This document shows, one piece after another, positions 18,429 through 27,031 of a DNA stretch of 64,000 nt (positions are counted from its first letter, which is position 1; every line of letters begins with the position of its first letter). The stretch is from the NCBI GenBank assembly GCA_963790475.1, contig CAWBOS010000006.1, positions 512,001-576,000 of the forward strand. The letters are read 5' to 3'. A program made the position numbers and the translations under genes. Source of the stretch: an uncultured delta proteobacterium (GTDB lineage Bacteria; Desulfobacterota; RBG-13-43-22). Under the pieces are notes generated by a model. That model made no database searches, was not told where the DNA came from, and saw nothing but the letters and a program-made list of their open reading frames with translations.

Positions 18429-19865
18429 ATGGCAGGTATTGTATCATTCGGCGCATACATTCCTTATTACAGGTTGCCTCGAAGCGTCATCGGGCAGATG
18501 TGGGGTCAGCCCGGAGGACGCGGGGAGAAGGCAGTTGCAGGATCCGATGAAGACCCGGTGACCATGTCGGTCGCCGCCGGATTGGACTGTCTGAAAGGTA
18601 TTGAAACAAAAACCATCAACGCCCTGTTTATGGCGACAACCTGTTCTCCTTATCGAGAACGACAAGGTGCGAACATCGTGGCTAATGCTCTGGATATTCC
18701 CAGAGCATCCCGGAACGCGGACTTTGGAAACTGCCTCCGGGCCGGGACAACGGCCATGCTCTGCGCTCTGGATGCCGTTAAAGCCAGATCTTTAAATAAG
18801 GTACTGGTCACGGCCGCGGATATGCGATTAGGCGGTGCGGCCGGTGGTGATGAACAGGGCTTTGGCGATGGGAGTGCCGCCCTGCTTTTCGGGGATGAAA
18901 AGGTCGTGGTTGAAGTGGAAGGCTTCCATACTTTTTCTGATGATTTATGCGATTTGTGGCGGGACAGCGATGATAAATTCGTCCGTCACTGGGAGGATCG
19001 ATTCGGACGTGAACAGGGATACTTGAAAATCCCGGCCGAAGCCGTTGAAGCCGTATTGAAAAAATGCAACACGGCCAAAGGAGACATCGCCAAAGTCTGC
19101 CTTTACGGCGCCAATGCCCGGGTTCAGGCCACCCTGGGCAAACAAATGGGCTTTAAACCTGAGCAACTTCAGGATCCCCTGCTGAACATGGTGGGGGACA
19201 CCGGCGCGGCGCTTCCGTTGATGATCCTGGTGGCCGCTCTGGAGGAGGCCAAGCCCGGAGACCGGATACTGCTGGTGAGCTATGGCAACGGGAGTGATGC
19301 CATCCTGCTCCGGGTGACCGAAGAGATTAAAAATATCAAAAACCGGAGAGGCATCAAACAACACCTGAACATCAAAAAAACCCTTAACAGCTACGGCAGA
19401 TACTTGAGATGGCGGGAAATGGTCTCCCTGGCGCCGGCGGCCAGACCCCCGGCCGGTGCGGCCTCCATGTCGGCCCAATGGAGGGAACACGAAACGGCTA
19501 TACCGCTCTATGGGGTAAAGTGCAGACAATGCGGGACTCCACAGTTGTATCTCAGCCAGAGTTCCACCCGGGCCCATATCTGCCTGCAATGCCAGGCCAA
19601 AGATGATTTTGAGCCCTATCGATTTGCCGACAAGCCGGGAACGGTAAGGAGCTTCAGTCATGACTTTTTGGCCGGTGGAATCGATCCTCCGGCAACGGCC
19701 GCGGTCGTTGACTTTGATGGAGGGGGACGGGGTCAATTTCTTATGGTTGATCGTGAACCGGATGAATGCCAGGTGGGTATGCGGGTCGAGATGACCTTCA
19801 GACAGCTTCGACATACCCTCGGGGCTCACACCTATTTTTGGAAATGCAAACCAGTAAGGGATTAA
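18429..19865 (+). CDS. HMG-CoA synthase-like (PhlA-like) protein fused to DUF35 Zn-ribbon/OB-fold (PhlB-like)
   Basis: GAYIPYYRL, DEDPVTM, GDGSAALL, SYGNGSDA; C-terminal CRQC/CLQC and GMRVEMTFR..YFWK. Confidence 0.88.
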   Translation: MAGIVSFGAYIPYYRLPRSVIGQMWGQPGGRGEKAVAGSDEDPVTMSVAAGLDCLKGIETKTINALFMATTCSPYRERQGANIVANALDIPRASRNADFGNCLRAGTTAMLCALDAVKARSLNKVLVTAADMRLGGAAGGDEQGFGDGSAALLFGDEKVVVEVEGFHTFSDDLCDLWRDSDDKFVRHWEDRFGREQGYLKIPAEAVEAVLKKCNTAKGDIAKVCLYGANARVQATLGKQMGFKPEQLQDPLLNMVGDTGAALPLMILVAALEEAKPGDRILLVSYGNGSDAILLRVTEEIKNIKNRRGIKQHLNIKKTLNSYGRYLRWREMVSLAPAARPPAGAASMSAQWREHETAIPLYGVKCRQCGTPQLYLSQSSTRAHICLQCQAKDDFEPYRFADKPGTVRSFSHDFLAGGIDPPATAAVVDFDGGGRGQFLMVDREPDECQVGMRVEMTFRQLRHTLGAHTYFWKCKPVRD

Positions 19866-19889
19866 GTTGCCTAAAAAAGGAGGTCTAAA

Positions 19890-21098
19890 ATGCCAGGAAG
19901 TATTAGAAACAGGGTAGCCATCCTGGGAATGGGATGTACCAAGTTTGGCGAACGTTGGGACGCCAGTGAAGCAGACCTGATCGTTGATGCCGCCTATCAG
20001 GCCTATAAAGATGCCGGGATAGGGCCTGATGAAGTTCAGGCCGCCTGGGTCGGGACGTCCACCGGCAGAACGGGAATGACGATCTCAGAACCATTGAGGC
20101 TTCAGTATATTCCGGTGACACGGGTGGAAAACGCCTGTGCCACCGCCTCGGACGCCTTTCGAAATGCCTGCTATTCCGTGGCGGCCGGGATTTACGATAT
20201 GGTATTAGCCATCGGCATCGATAAGTTCAAGGACAGCGGAATCAGCGGTCTGGGGGATGGAGGAACCCCCGGCCCCAGCCATTCCATGATCGCCGAATCC
20301 ACGCCGCCGAGATCTTTTGCCATGCTGGCCACCACCTATTTCGCCAAATATGGCCTGAGCTATGAAGAGGGGAAACACATGATCGGGAGGGTTTCCTGGA
20401 AAAGTCATCAGAACGGCATGCGCAATAAAAATGCCCACTTCCAGGGAAATGTGACTATGGATCAAATTATCAATGCCCCCATGGTTTCCTGGCCCCTGGG
20501 TCTGTTTGACTGTTGCGGAGTCAGTGATGGCTGTGCCGCAGCCATTATAACGACGCCTGAAATCGCCAAAGCCAGAAAGAAAGATCCGGTATTTGTCAAG
20601 GCCCTTCAGATTGCCATGGCCCCCAGAGACGGCAATTTTAATCAGAATTTTGACTTTTTGCACGTCGAAGCAACCGTCCGGGCGGGGGAAAGGGCCTTTG
20701 AAGAGGCCGGGATCAAAAATCCACGTGAGGAGATCAGTATGGCCGAGGTTCACGACTGCTTTTCCATCACCGAAGCCGTGACCATGGAAGATTTGAGATT
20801 CAGTCCCCGCGGGAAGGTCAGGGATGACATTGAAAACGGTTTCTTTGACCTGGACGGTAAACTCCCCGTTCAGCTTGACGGGGGGCTGAAATGCTTCGGC
20901 CATCCCGTTGGGGCCAGCGGGCTGCGAATGCTTTACGAGATGTATCTGCAGCTTCAGGGCCGGGCCGATGAACTGCTGAATCCAGGATTTCCTTCAAGGC
21001 AACTGCCGAATCCGAAACTGGGTTTGACTCATAATCTGGGCGGTGCCCCTGATGGCTGTGCTATTTTTGTGGGTATTGTCGGTTTAGAAGGGGCCTAA
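19890..21098 (+). CDS. Thiolase (SCP2/PhlC-type acetyl-CoA acetyltransferase)
   Basis: RVENACATA, EVHDCFS, GHPVGASG, THNLGG. Confidence 0.92.
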   Translation: MPGSIRNRVAILGMGCTKFGERWDASEADLIVDAAYQAYKDAGIGPDEVQAAWVGTSTGRTGMTISEPLRLQYIPVTRVENACATASDAFRNACYSVAAGIYDMVLAIGIDKFKDSGISGLGDGGTPGPSHSMIAESTPPRSFAMLATTYFAKYGLSYEEGKHMIGRVSWKSHQNGMRNKNAHFQGNVTMDQIINAPMVSWPLGLFDCCGVSDGCAAAIITTPEIAKARKKDPVFVKALQIAMAPRDGNFNQNFDFLHVEATVRAGERAFEEAGIKNPREEISMAEVHDCFSITEAVTMEDLRFSPRGKVRDDIENGFFDLDGKLPVQLDGGLKCFGHPVGASGLRMLYEMYLQLQGRADELLNPGFPSRQLPNPKLGLTHNLGGAPDGCAIFVGIVGLEGA

Positions 21099-21191
21099 AC
21101 CCATTCCCTTAAGGGAGGGTTGGCTGATGAACATTAAAACGCAATCGTCGGACAGCCCTCCCTGCATCAACAAAGAACTGAGCGGTGTATC

Positions 21192-21518
21192 ATGGCCAAG
21201 CCATTTGTTCATTCCCTCAATGAAGAGTTTAGAAGCATCTCGGGCTGGTACCAACTTTATAAGGAGGAGATCTTCGAGCACGACGGGAACCGGATTCTTT
21301 TTCTCCTGGGGGAAGGAGAGGCGGACTCCGCCTGCTGCGGTAGTGGCGGGTGCCGGTACGCCTTAGTCCCCGGAGCGGTCGTTGACTGGAAGAGTTCTAA
21401 AGATGAGGAAGGAAGGCCTATATCCCTGGTCGAGCCGATTGAAGATCCATTGATCAGGGAAGAAGTGCGGCGGCACATCATAAAAACCGAAGGGATATCT
21501 CAAGTACAATTCTGGTAA
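21192..21518 (+). CDS. Conserved hypothetical protein (SACCG..GC motif)
   Basis: 108-aa ORF in the same orientation as the operon. Confidence 0.65.
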   Translation: MAKPFVHSLNEEFRSISGWYQLYKEEIFEHDGNRILFLLGEGEADSACCGSGGCRYALVPGAVVDWKSSKDEEGRPISLVEPIEDPLIREEVRRHIIKTEGISQVQFW

Positions 21519-21663
21519 CAAGAAGTAAATAATTGAGCGCTGTTCCTATTTTCGTATAATAGATTCAAAATAAAACTAAAATCTCGCATTACCCCAATAA
21601 CCCAATAGAAATCAAATTTTCCCGAGTCTCTTTCGACCCGACAGAGCAGGAAAGGATATCGAT

Positions 21664-22419
21664 ATGACAGACTGGCTTATCGCCTTTGGGAAATTATTTT
21701 TAGTAATCGGGTTGTCTTTATTGGGCATGTTATTGGTCAGAAGAAACGTCGCATTTTCTACTTTGGAAAGCCATAACGATGTGGCCGGATTTGTCTTTGC
21801 TGTGGTGGGAGTTATCTATGCCGTTCTGATGGCCTTTATGGTTCTTGTGGTTTATGAACAATTTCAAATAACAGAGACCAGGATCCAAAAAGAGGCCTCC
21901 GCTTTAGGTGATTTGTACCGGGTCTCGGCAAGTCTTCGGGAGCCGACCCGAAGCGAAGTAATGGTGATATTGAAAGCGTACGCCCGGACCATGATCGAAA
22001 AAGAATTTCCTGAAATGGAAAAAGGAAAATTCCATGAAGAACTAAAAATCCAACACGACAAACTCTGGAACCTTTTCTATAAGTATAAACCTAAAGACGA
22101 GAGGGATAGGATCTGGTTCGATCACGCCTTGTCCACCTTTATTGGTTTCGCCGATGCCAAAAGGGATCGCATGGCCAGTGTCAAACAATCATTACCCTCC
22201 TTTATGTGGTTTGTTTTATACGCCGGCGGCTTTATTACTATTGTCTACAGCTATTTTTTCGGGACAAAAAATGTTTGGGCCCAGGCAATGATTGTTATAT
22301 TTTTAGCCGGATCGGTCACCCTGGTTCTCTTGCTGATTTCAGTCTTAGAGCACCCTTTTGCCGGGATTATCCGGGTCAGCCCGGAACCTTTTGAGCTCTT
22401 TTGGGGCTATTTTAAATAA
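21664..22419 (+). CDS. DUF4239/bestrophin-like membrane protein
   Basis: HNDVAGFVFAVVGVIYAVL, LEHPFAG..VSPEPF. Confidence 0.8.
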   Translation: MTDWLIAFGKLFLVIGLSLLGMLLVRRNVAFSTLESHNDVAGFVFAVVGVIYAVLMAFMVLVVYEQFQITETRIQKEASALGDLYRVSASLREPTRSEVMVILKAYARTMIEKEFPEMEKGKFHEELKIQHDKLWNLFYKYKPKDERDRIWFDHALSTFIGFADAKRDRMASVKQSLPSFMWFVLYAGGFITIVYSYFFGTKNVWAQAMIVIFLAGSVTLVLLLISVLEHPFAGIIRVSPEPFELFWGYFK

Positions 22420-22450
22420 TTTGGGATCTCCTCCAAAGAGTTGGCGATGA

Positions 22451-22579
22451 TTGAAGGATTAAAACTCCCTGCACCAAGGTGCAGGGAATCTTTCAGATAA
22501 GGCAAATGTCTATTATCGTAAGTTCACTCGCTAACCCACTCAGCAATCTGTAGGGCTTGCGCTTGCTATCCCTGTTCAA
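22451..22579. repeat. Degenerate MITE-like repeat (CCCTGCA..TGCAGGG hairpin; TTGAA/TTCAA ends)
   Basis: Internal palindrome and inverted terminal pentamers. Confidence 0.5.
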
Positions 22580-22728
22580 GGATTCAAGTGAAAGCCCCAA
22601 AAACTGTCCAATCCATCACGTCCACCCGAAAGCGGGTGGCTGGTCAGCACCTCTCGGCGATCTCAGTAAACAATTTGGTGCCGTTCCTGTTTTCCTCAAG
22701 AAATAAAATAATCGGGGGTAAAGAACGC

Positions 22729-23274
22729 ATGAAGAAAAGTTCACCGCTTGAAATATACAAGGAGTTATTGAAAGACCAGACCGTTGCCCTGGTCATGGAG
22801 CACGAGTTACCCGGTGTCACCCCGGGGATGATCGATTGGTGGTGGGACAACATCGAAAATGAATCTTACAAGTTATGGCATCCGCAGGAACATCACGGTT
22901 TTGAATGGCAGATTCCCCCAAAGATGGTGGGGCATGCCGGCGCTATTCACATGGCCTGTGAGGGTATAGGGGCTATCCCCGCTCATATCCTGCGTATCCG
23001 GTGGGAGGAGCCGGAAGCGGCTCTTAACAAAACCATCTACAGCCATGTGAATGTCGCCAGTCCGCTCAGCCCCGGGCCGGAGGATATTCCTACGGCCTGT
23101 GTTGTTCATGAGTACGAGGCGACTGCCCAGGGAAGTCGAATGCGTTCGACCTTCACCTTGCCCGCGATTGTTCCTCAACCGTTTCTGGATGAATTGCGAA
23201 AGCACAATTTGGCCGAAATGGGACAACTGCCTGTTTTTTTACCGCGATTATATAAGGAAAAAACCGGCCAATAG
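22729..23274 (+). CDS. PhlG-like (DAPG hydrolase family) protein
   Basis: PGVTPGMIDWWW, YKLWHPQEH, MRSTF, HNLAEMGQL..FLPRLY. Confidence 0.75.
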   Translation: MKKSSPLEIYKELLKDQTVALVMEHELPGVTPGMIDWWWDNIENESYKLWHPQEHHGFEWQIPPKMVGHAGAIHMACEGIGAIPAHILRIRWEEPEAALNKTIYSHVNVASPLSPGPEDIPTACVVHEYEATAQGSRMRSTFTLPAIVPQPFLDELRKHNLAEMGQLPVFLPRLYKEKTGQ

Positions 23275-23419
23275 CCGCTTAAGTCAGAGGGGACGCTGTT
23301 TGCGGTGACAACACCGAGGAGAACACAGGGCCTAGGTCTAGAGGGTTTGGGGGCAATTTGCTTTTGACTCTTGAGGAAAATAGGTAAGGATCAAGGGTCG
23401 GAAGGAAAAGGAGAGCAGA

Positions 23420-23755
23420 ATGAAAAACATCGCTACCGCACTTAAACAACTGGTCTCCAACTTCGCCGCCAACCATCGGCAATTGACAGAAGAAATAACG
23501 ACCTTAAAACTAAGTGAATCCCAATGGACTTTAAAGGAAATTATTGGTCACTTAATTGATTCGGCCTCCAATAATCACCAGCGAATTACCCGATTACAAC
23601 TTGTTGAAGAATTGCATTTCCCATCTTATGAAAATGAAAAATGGTTGGAAATGGAAAAATGGAATCTGCACCGGTGGGACGAAATTTTGAATTTATTTGA
23701 ATATTATAATCTTTACTTGGCAGATCTTATTAAGCCTGCCAGCTTTCCCGATTGA
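23420..23755 (+). pseudogene. DinB-family protein, C-terminally truncated
   Basis: WTLKEIIGHLIDSASNNHQR motif; ends in an overlap with the convergent gene. Confidence 0.7.
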
Positions 23756-24461
23756 GGACTTGACCATTAGAGGGGCCGGACTTTTTCCCTTGGATCTTCC
23801 AGCTTAGGAATCGTCCGACGAAACTTCCCATCTGCAAAATGGAAAGAGGTTTGGTTACCACTTCAGCCTTGCCTTGGCGGATGGCCGAAAAAATCGATTC
23901 CATGTCCTTGGGGGCCTCGATAAGGGAAAAAGTGGTCCCCAATTGCTCTAAGAAATGGGCGTCGGAATTTCCCAACAAGGGCAGACCGGAAGATCGGGCC
24001 AATTCCAGGACCCGCCGATTGAAATTCAAATGGGGGGAATAAAAATGGCTATATTCCAGGGCATGGAAAAATTCCAGGTTGGCCTGTAAATAGCCGTTTA
24101 GAGAACACAGCCCCGGGAAATAGGGATGGGGGGCAATCACCAGACGATCAGGCCTATTCAGGACCGCCAGGGAAGGAAAAGAAGGATAAGTGCTGTTCCC
24201 CGGAGGGTTGAGGATCAGGACATGACGGTTTTGAATAGTGGTTTCAATGCCGGGGATGAGCAGAATGTTCATGTCCCGGGCCAAAGAAAAAAGGTCTCGG
24301 TTGAAGGTCCGGCAATGATGATTAGTGATAGCCAAAACTTCAAAGCCCTCATCAGCCGCCTTAAGAATCAACTCTTGAGCCGTATAATGAATCCTATCCA
24401 GGGGGTCTTCAGCGGTATGGACATGAAAATCGGCCTTAAGGGGTTTAGGATTTAACAGCAT
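23730..24461 (-). CDS. PHP-domain phosphoesterase
   Basis: DFHVHT, AITNH, PGIE, APHPY, NSDAH. Confidence 0.88.
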   Translation of the reverse strand: MLLNPKPLKADFHVHTAEDPLDRIHYTAQELILKAADEGFEVLAITNHHCRTFNRDLFSLARDMNILLIPGIETTIQNRHVLILNPPGNSTYPSFPSLAVLNRPDRLVIAPHPYFPGLCSLNGYLQANLEFFHALEYSHFYSPHLNFNRRVLELARSSGLPLLGNSDAHFLEQLGTTFSLIEAPKDMESIFSAIRQGKAEVVTKPLSILQMGSFVGRFLSWKIQGKKSGPSNGQVLNRESWQA

Positions 24462-24656
24462 ATTTTTAATCATAATCAGATTTCCTATTCTTTATACCTT
24501 GGATTGGAGAGTTTTTCAGGTTTTATAAGTCCGGGTAGCGGATTGATCAGACCTCATAGACCCCCTCCCAATGGGGAATGGCTCTTTTTGATCACAACCC
24601 TTTTGACGTCTTACTATAGATTAGGTTAATTAAAAAGTATTTTCTCAGAGCGTTTA

Positions 24657-24794
24657 ATGGGAAAAGGATTAGGTTATGTGGACGTTCATCTTCTCGTCTC
24701 CGCTGCATTGACAGGCGTATTGATCTGGACTCTTGATAAGAAGCTGTTGCAAACTGCGGATAACCTGCATTTAAAATATTCCCTTGAAAATTAG
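24657..24794 (+). pseudogene. VapC/PIN toxin 3' fragment
   Basis: Own translation MGKGLGYVDVHLLVSAALTGVLIWTLDKKL. Confidence 0.7.
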
Positions 24795-25186
24795 CCGGTT
24801 ATATTCTATAATTTCTTCCAGTTTAAATCTTTCAAATACCCTTCCTTACGATCTTGAGGAGATTCATGGCCCAGTTCCATATCTCAAAAGATCCATTGGG
24901 GCAACGAAGCCTTGCCTTTGCTTATACCCCAATACCATTGCCTAAAATAAAAATCCCCTTGGTCATCGTTATCATCAAAAAGAAAATTACTGGTTTTTCC
25001 CTATAAAGAGGGCATTCTGGAAAAGGTTTCAAAGGTTTTGGGAAATAATAACATTCCAGAAGACTCTGATCTAAAAAACCGTTGCTTTGAAAGTAAAAAC
25101 GATATTTGATTCTGAGCTTGACATCCCAGATAAATGTAATTACAATAATTACAAAACAACTTGGCAAAATATAAGGAGCAAAACCC

Positions 25187-25459
25187 ATGGAAAGTCAAAT
25201 ACGAGCAAGAGATGTTAAGCTGGTCCCTATTGGAAATTCTAAAGGAGTTCGAATACCTAAGGCGCTCCTTCAAAAATATGGCCTAAAAAATTCTCTTTTG
25301 ATAGAAGAAACAGACAGGGGACTGCTTCTCCGGAATAAAGAAGAAAGCAAGCTTTCCTGGGAAGATACGTATAAAGCCATGGCTAATGAAAAGGAACATT
25401 GGGACGATTTTGACACAACATTGCTTGACGGTCTGGAGGATGAGAACTTTGAATATTAA
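25187..25459 (+). CDS. AbrB/MazE antitoxin
   Basis: IGNSKGVRIPK motif. Confidence 0.9.
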   Translation: MESQIRARDVKLVPIGNSKGVRIPKALLQKYGLKNSLLIEETDRGLLLRNKEESKLSWEDTYKAMANEKEHWDDFDTTLLDGLEDENFEY

Positions 25460-25775
25460 AAGGTACGAAATATATTTTGCTGATCTCAACCCCGCCATAG
25501 GAAGCGAAATAAGAAAAGTGCGTCCCGTCATCATAATTAGCCAAGACGAAATGAATAACTACTTGGAAACTGTTGTTGTTTGTCCCTTAACTTCAAAATT
25601 ACACCCGCAATGGAGGACCCGACTTCAGATTAAATGCGCGAATAAAAATGCTGAAATTGCCGTTGACCAAATCCGCACCATTAGCAAGCAAAGATTGCAA
25701 AATAAAATTGACAAATTATCCGATATCAAAATCTCTCAATTACGAAAGCTCATAACTGACATGTACGGTGAATAA
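25440..25775 (+). CDS. PemK/MazF endoribonuclease toxin
   Basis: DLNPAIGSEIRKVRP, VCPLTS, DQIRTISKQRL. Confidence 0.92.
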   Translation: MRTLNIKRYEIYFADLNPAIGSEIRKVRPVIIISQDEMNNYLETVVVCPLTSKLHPQWRTRLQIKCANKNAEIAVDQIRTISKQRLQNKIDKLSDIKISQLRKLITDMYGE

Positions 25776-26155
25776 TCATTCGTTTCACAAGATTCCTGCC
25801 AGTAATTGCCCCTTTGGGTAAGTCTCATCGTTCAATGCGGCATTCCAAGATTGTCAATATCAAGTTTGGTATTCTTAGAGAATTCTTGACCAATTAGTCA
25901 GTTATGTTATACTAATTCCTATCAGTTTTTATCCTACAAACCCTCTTCCTCGAGATCTTAAGGAGATTCATGGCCCAGATCCATATCTCAGAAGATCCAA
26001 TCAGGCAACGAAGTGTTGCCTTCGTCTATGATCCTCCATTAGTAACCGAGATCAAAACTAACCACGCTCATCAGTGTGAACCAATGGGAAAATTCTGGAG
26101 ATTGCCGGACGCCAATGGTATATTGTTATCAAAAAATTTTAGGAGATAATTGGAA

Positions 26156-26380
26156 ATGGAAATCGCTAACAGAATTATTGTTGATGAAAAAATTAGATTT
26201 GGAAAACCTGTAATAAAGGGGACCCGGGTTCCCGTGGATTTGGTTATAGGTAAATTGGCTGGCGGGTTATCCTATGAAGAGGTCATAGCGGAGTATGAAA
26301 TAACAAAAGAAGATATCCTGGCCGCGTTGGATTATGCAGCAAAACACCGCTCGGATGAAGAAGTCAGGGCCGTAGCTTAA
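26156..26380 (+). CDS. DUF433 antitoxin
   Basis: GKPVIKGTRVPV motif. Confidence 0.88.
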   Translation: MEIANRIIVDEKIRFGKPVIKGTRVPVDLVIGKLAGGLSYEEVIAEYEITKEDILAALDYAAKHRSDEEVRAVA

Positions 26381-26421
26381 GATGCCTAAATGCAGGTCTT
26401 TAAGTAAAAGGGAGAAAATTG

Positions 26422-26601
26422 ATGAATATAGCAAAAGAAGAGGCAAAAAAGCTAATTGACAAATTGCCTGATCAAGCAAATTGGGACGACATAATGTATG
26501 AGTTCTATGTTAGAAAAAAATTGGAAGTTGCCTTAAAAGCAGCCGAAGAAGGACGGGTTGTGCCTCATGAGGAAGTTAAAAAAAGGTTCTCTGGATCATG
26601 A
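26422..26601 (+). CDS. Antitoxin of RelE/ParE pair
   Basis: LPDQANWDDIMYE...GRVVPHEEVKKRF; ATGA overlap with the toxin. Confidence 0.8.
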   Translation: MNIAKEEAKKLIDKLPDQANWDDIMYEFYVRKKLEVALKAAEEGRVVPHEEVKKRFSGS

Positions 26602-26909
26602 CAATAGAATGGACAGAACCGGCAGTAGATGATCTGGGTAGTATTAGGGAATATATTGGAAGGGACTCTGAATATTATGCTGCACGGTTTATCGAAAGAA
26701 TTATAGAAGCAGTCGAAAGGCTGGAATTTTTCCCGGAAATGGGAAGAAGAGTTCCGGAAGCAGCGGAAGAAGAGAACGTTCGAGAACTTTTATTCCAGAA
26801 TTATCGCATTATGTATCGTCCGGAGTCTCAACGTATTTTAATCCTTACCATCATCCATGCGGCAAGAGATATTTCCCAAAAAGAACCAAAACCTTGGGAC
26901 TTCACCTGA
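26598..26909 (+). CDS. RelE/ParE family toxin
   Basis: WTEPAVDDL, FPEMGRRVPE, YRIMYR, IIHAARD. Confidence 0.9.
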   Translation: MTIEWTEPAVDDLGSIREYIGRDSEYYAARFIERIIEAVERLEFFPEMGRRVPEAAEEENVRELLFQNYRIMYRPESQRILILTIIHAARDISQKEPKPWDFT

Positions 26910-27031
26910 CAAGTCAGGATCGTAGCTTAAGATGCCTAAATGGTCTGTCCAAACCCGCAAAAAGGGGTATGGAATAAATTGATTACCAGGATGGGACATC
27001 GTCGCTCATGAACTGGATGGAATAAAGAATC

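Larger units (their letters stand above)
24833..26029 (+). repeat. Pair of ~93-bp imperfect direct repeats (24833-24925, 25937-26029) flanking mazEF
   Basis: Shared GATCTT.AGGAGATTCATGGCCCAG.TCCATATCTCA.AAGATCCA...GGCAACGAAG..TTGCCTT. Confidence 0.8.
26361..26942 (+). repeat. 32-bp direct repeats (26361-26392, 26911-26942) flanking a RelE/ParE module
   Basis: AAGTCAGG..CGTAGCTTAAGATGCCTAAATG, 30/32 identical. Confidence 0.88.

Noticed and set aside
26361-26942. CRISPR array from the 32-bp repeats
   Set aside because: Only two copies, 550 bp apart and enclosing genes; no cas genes and no regularly spaced array anywhere in the window.
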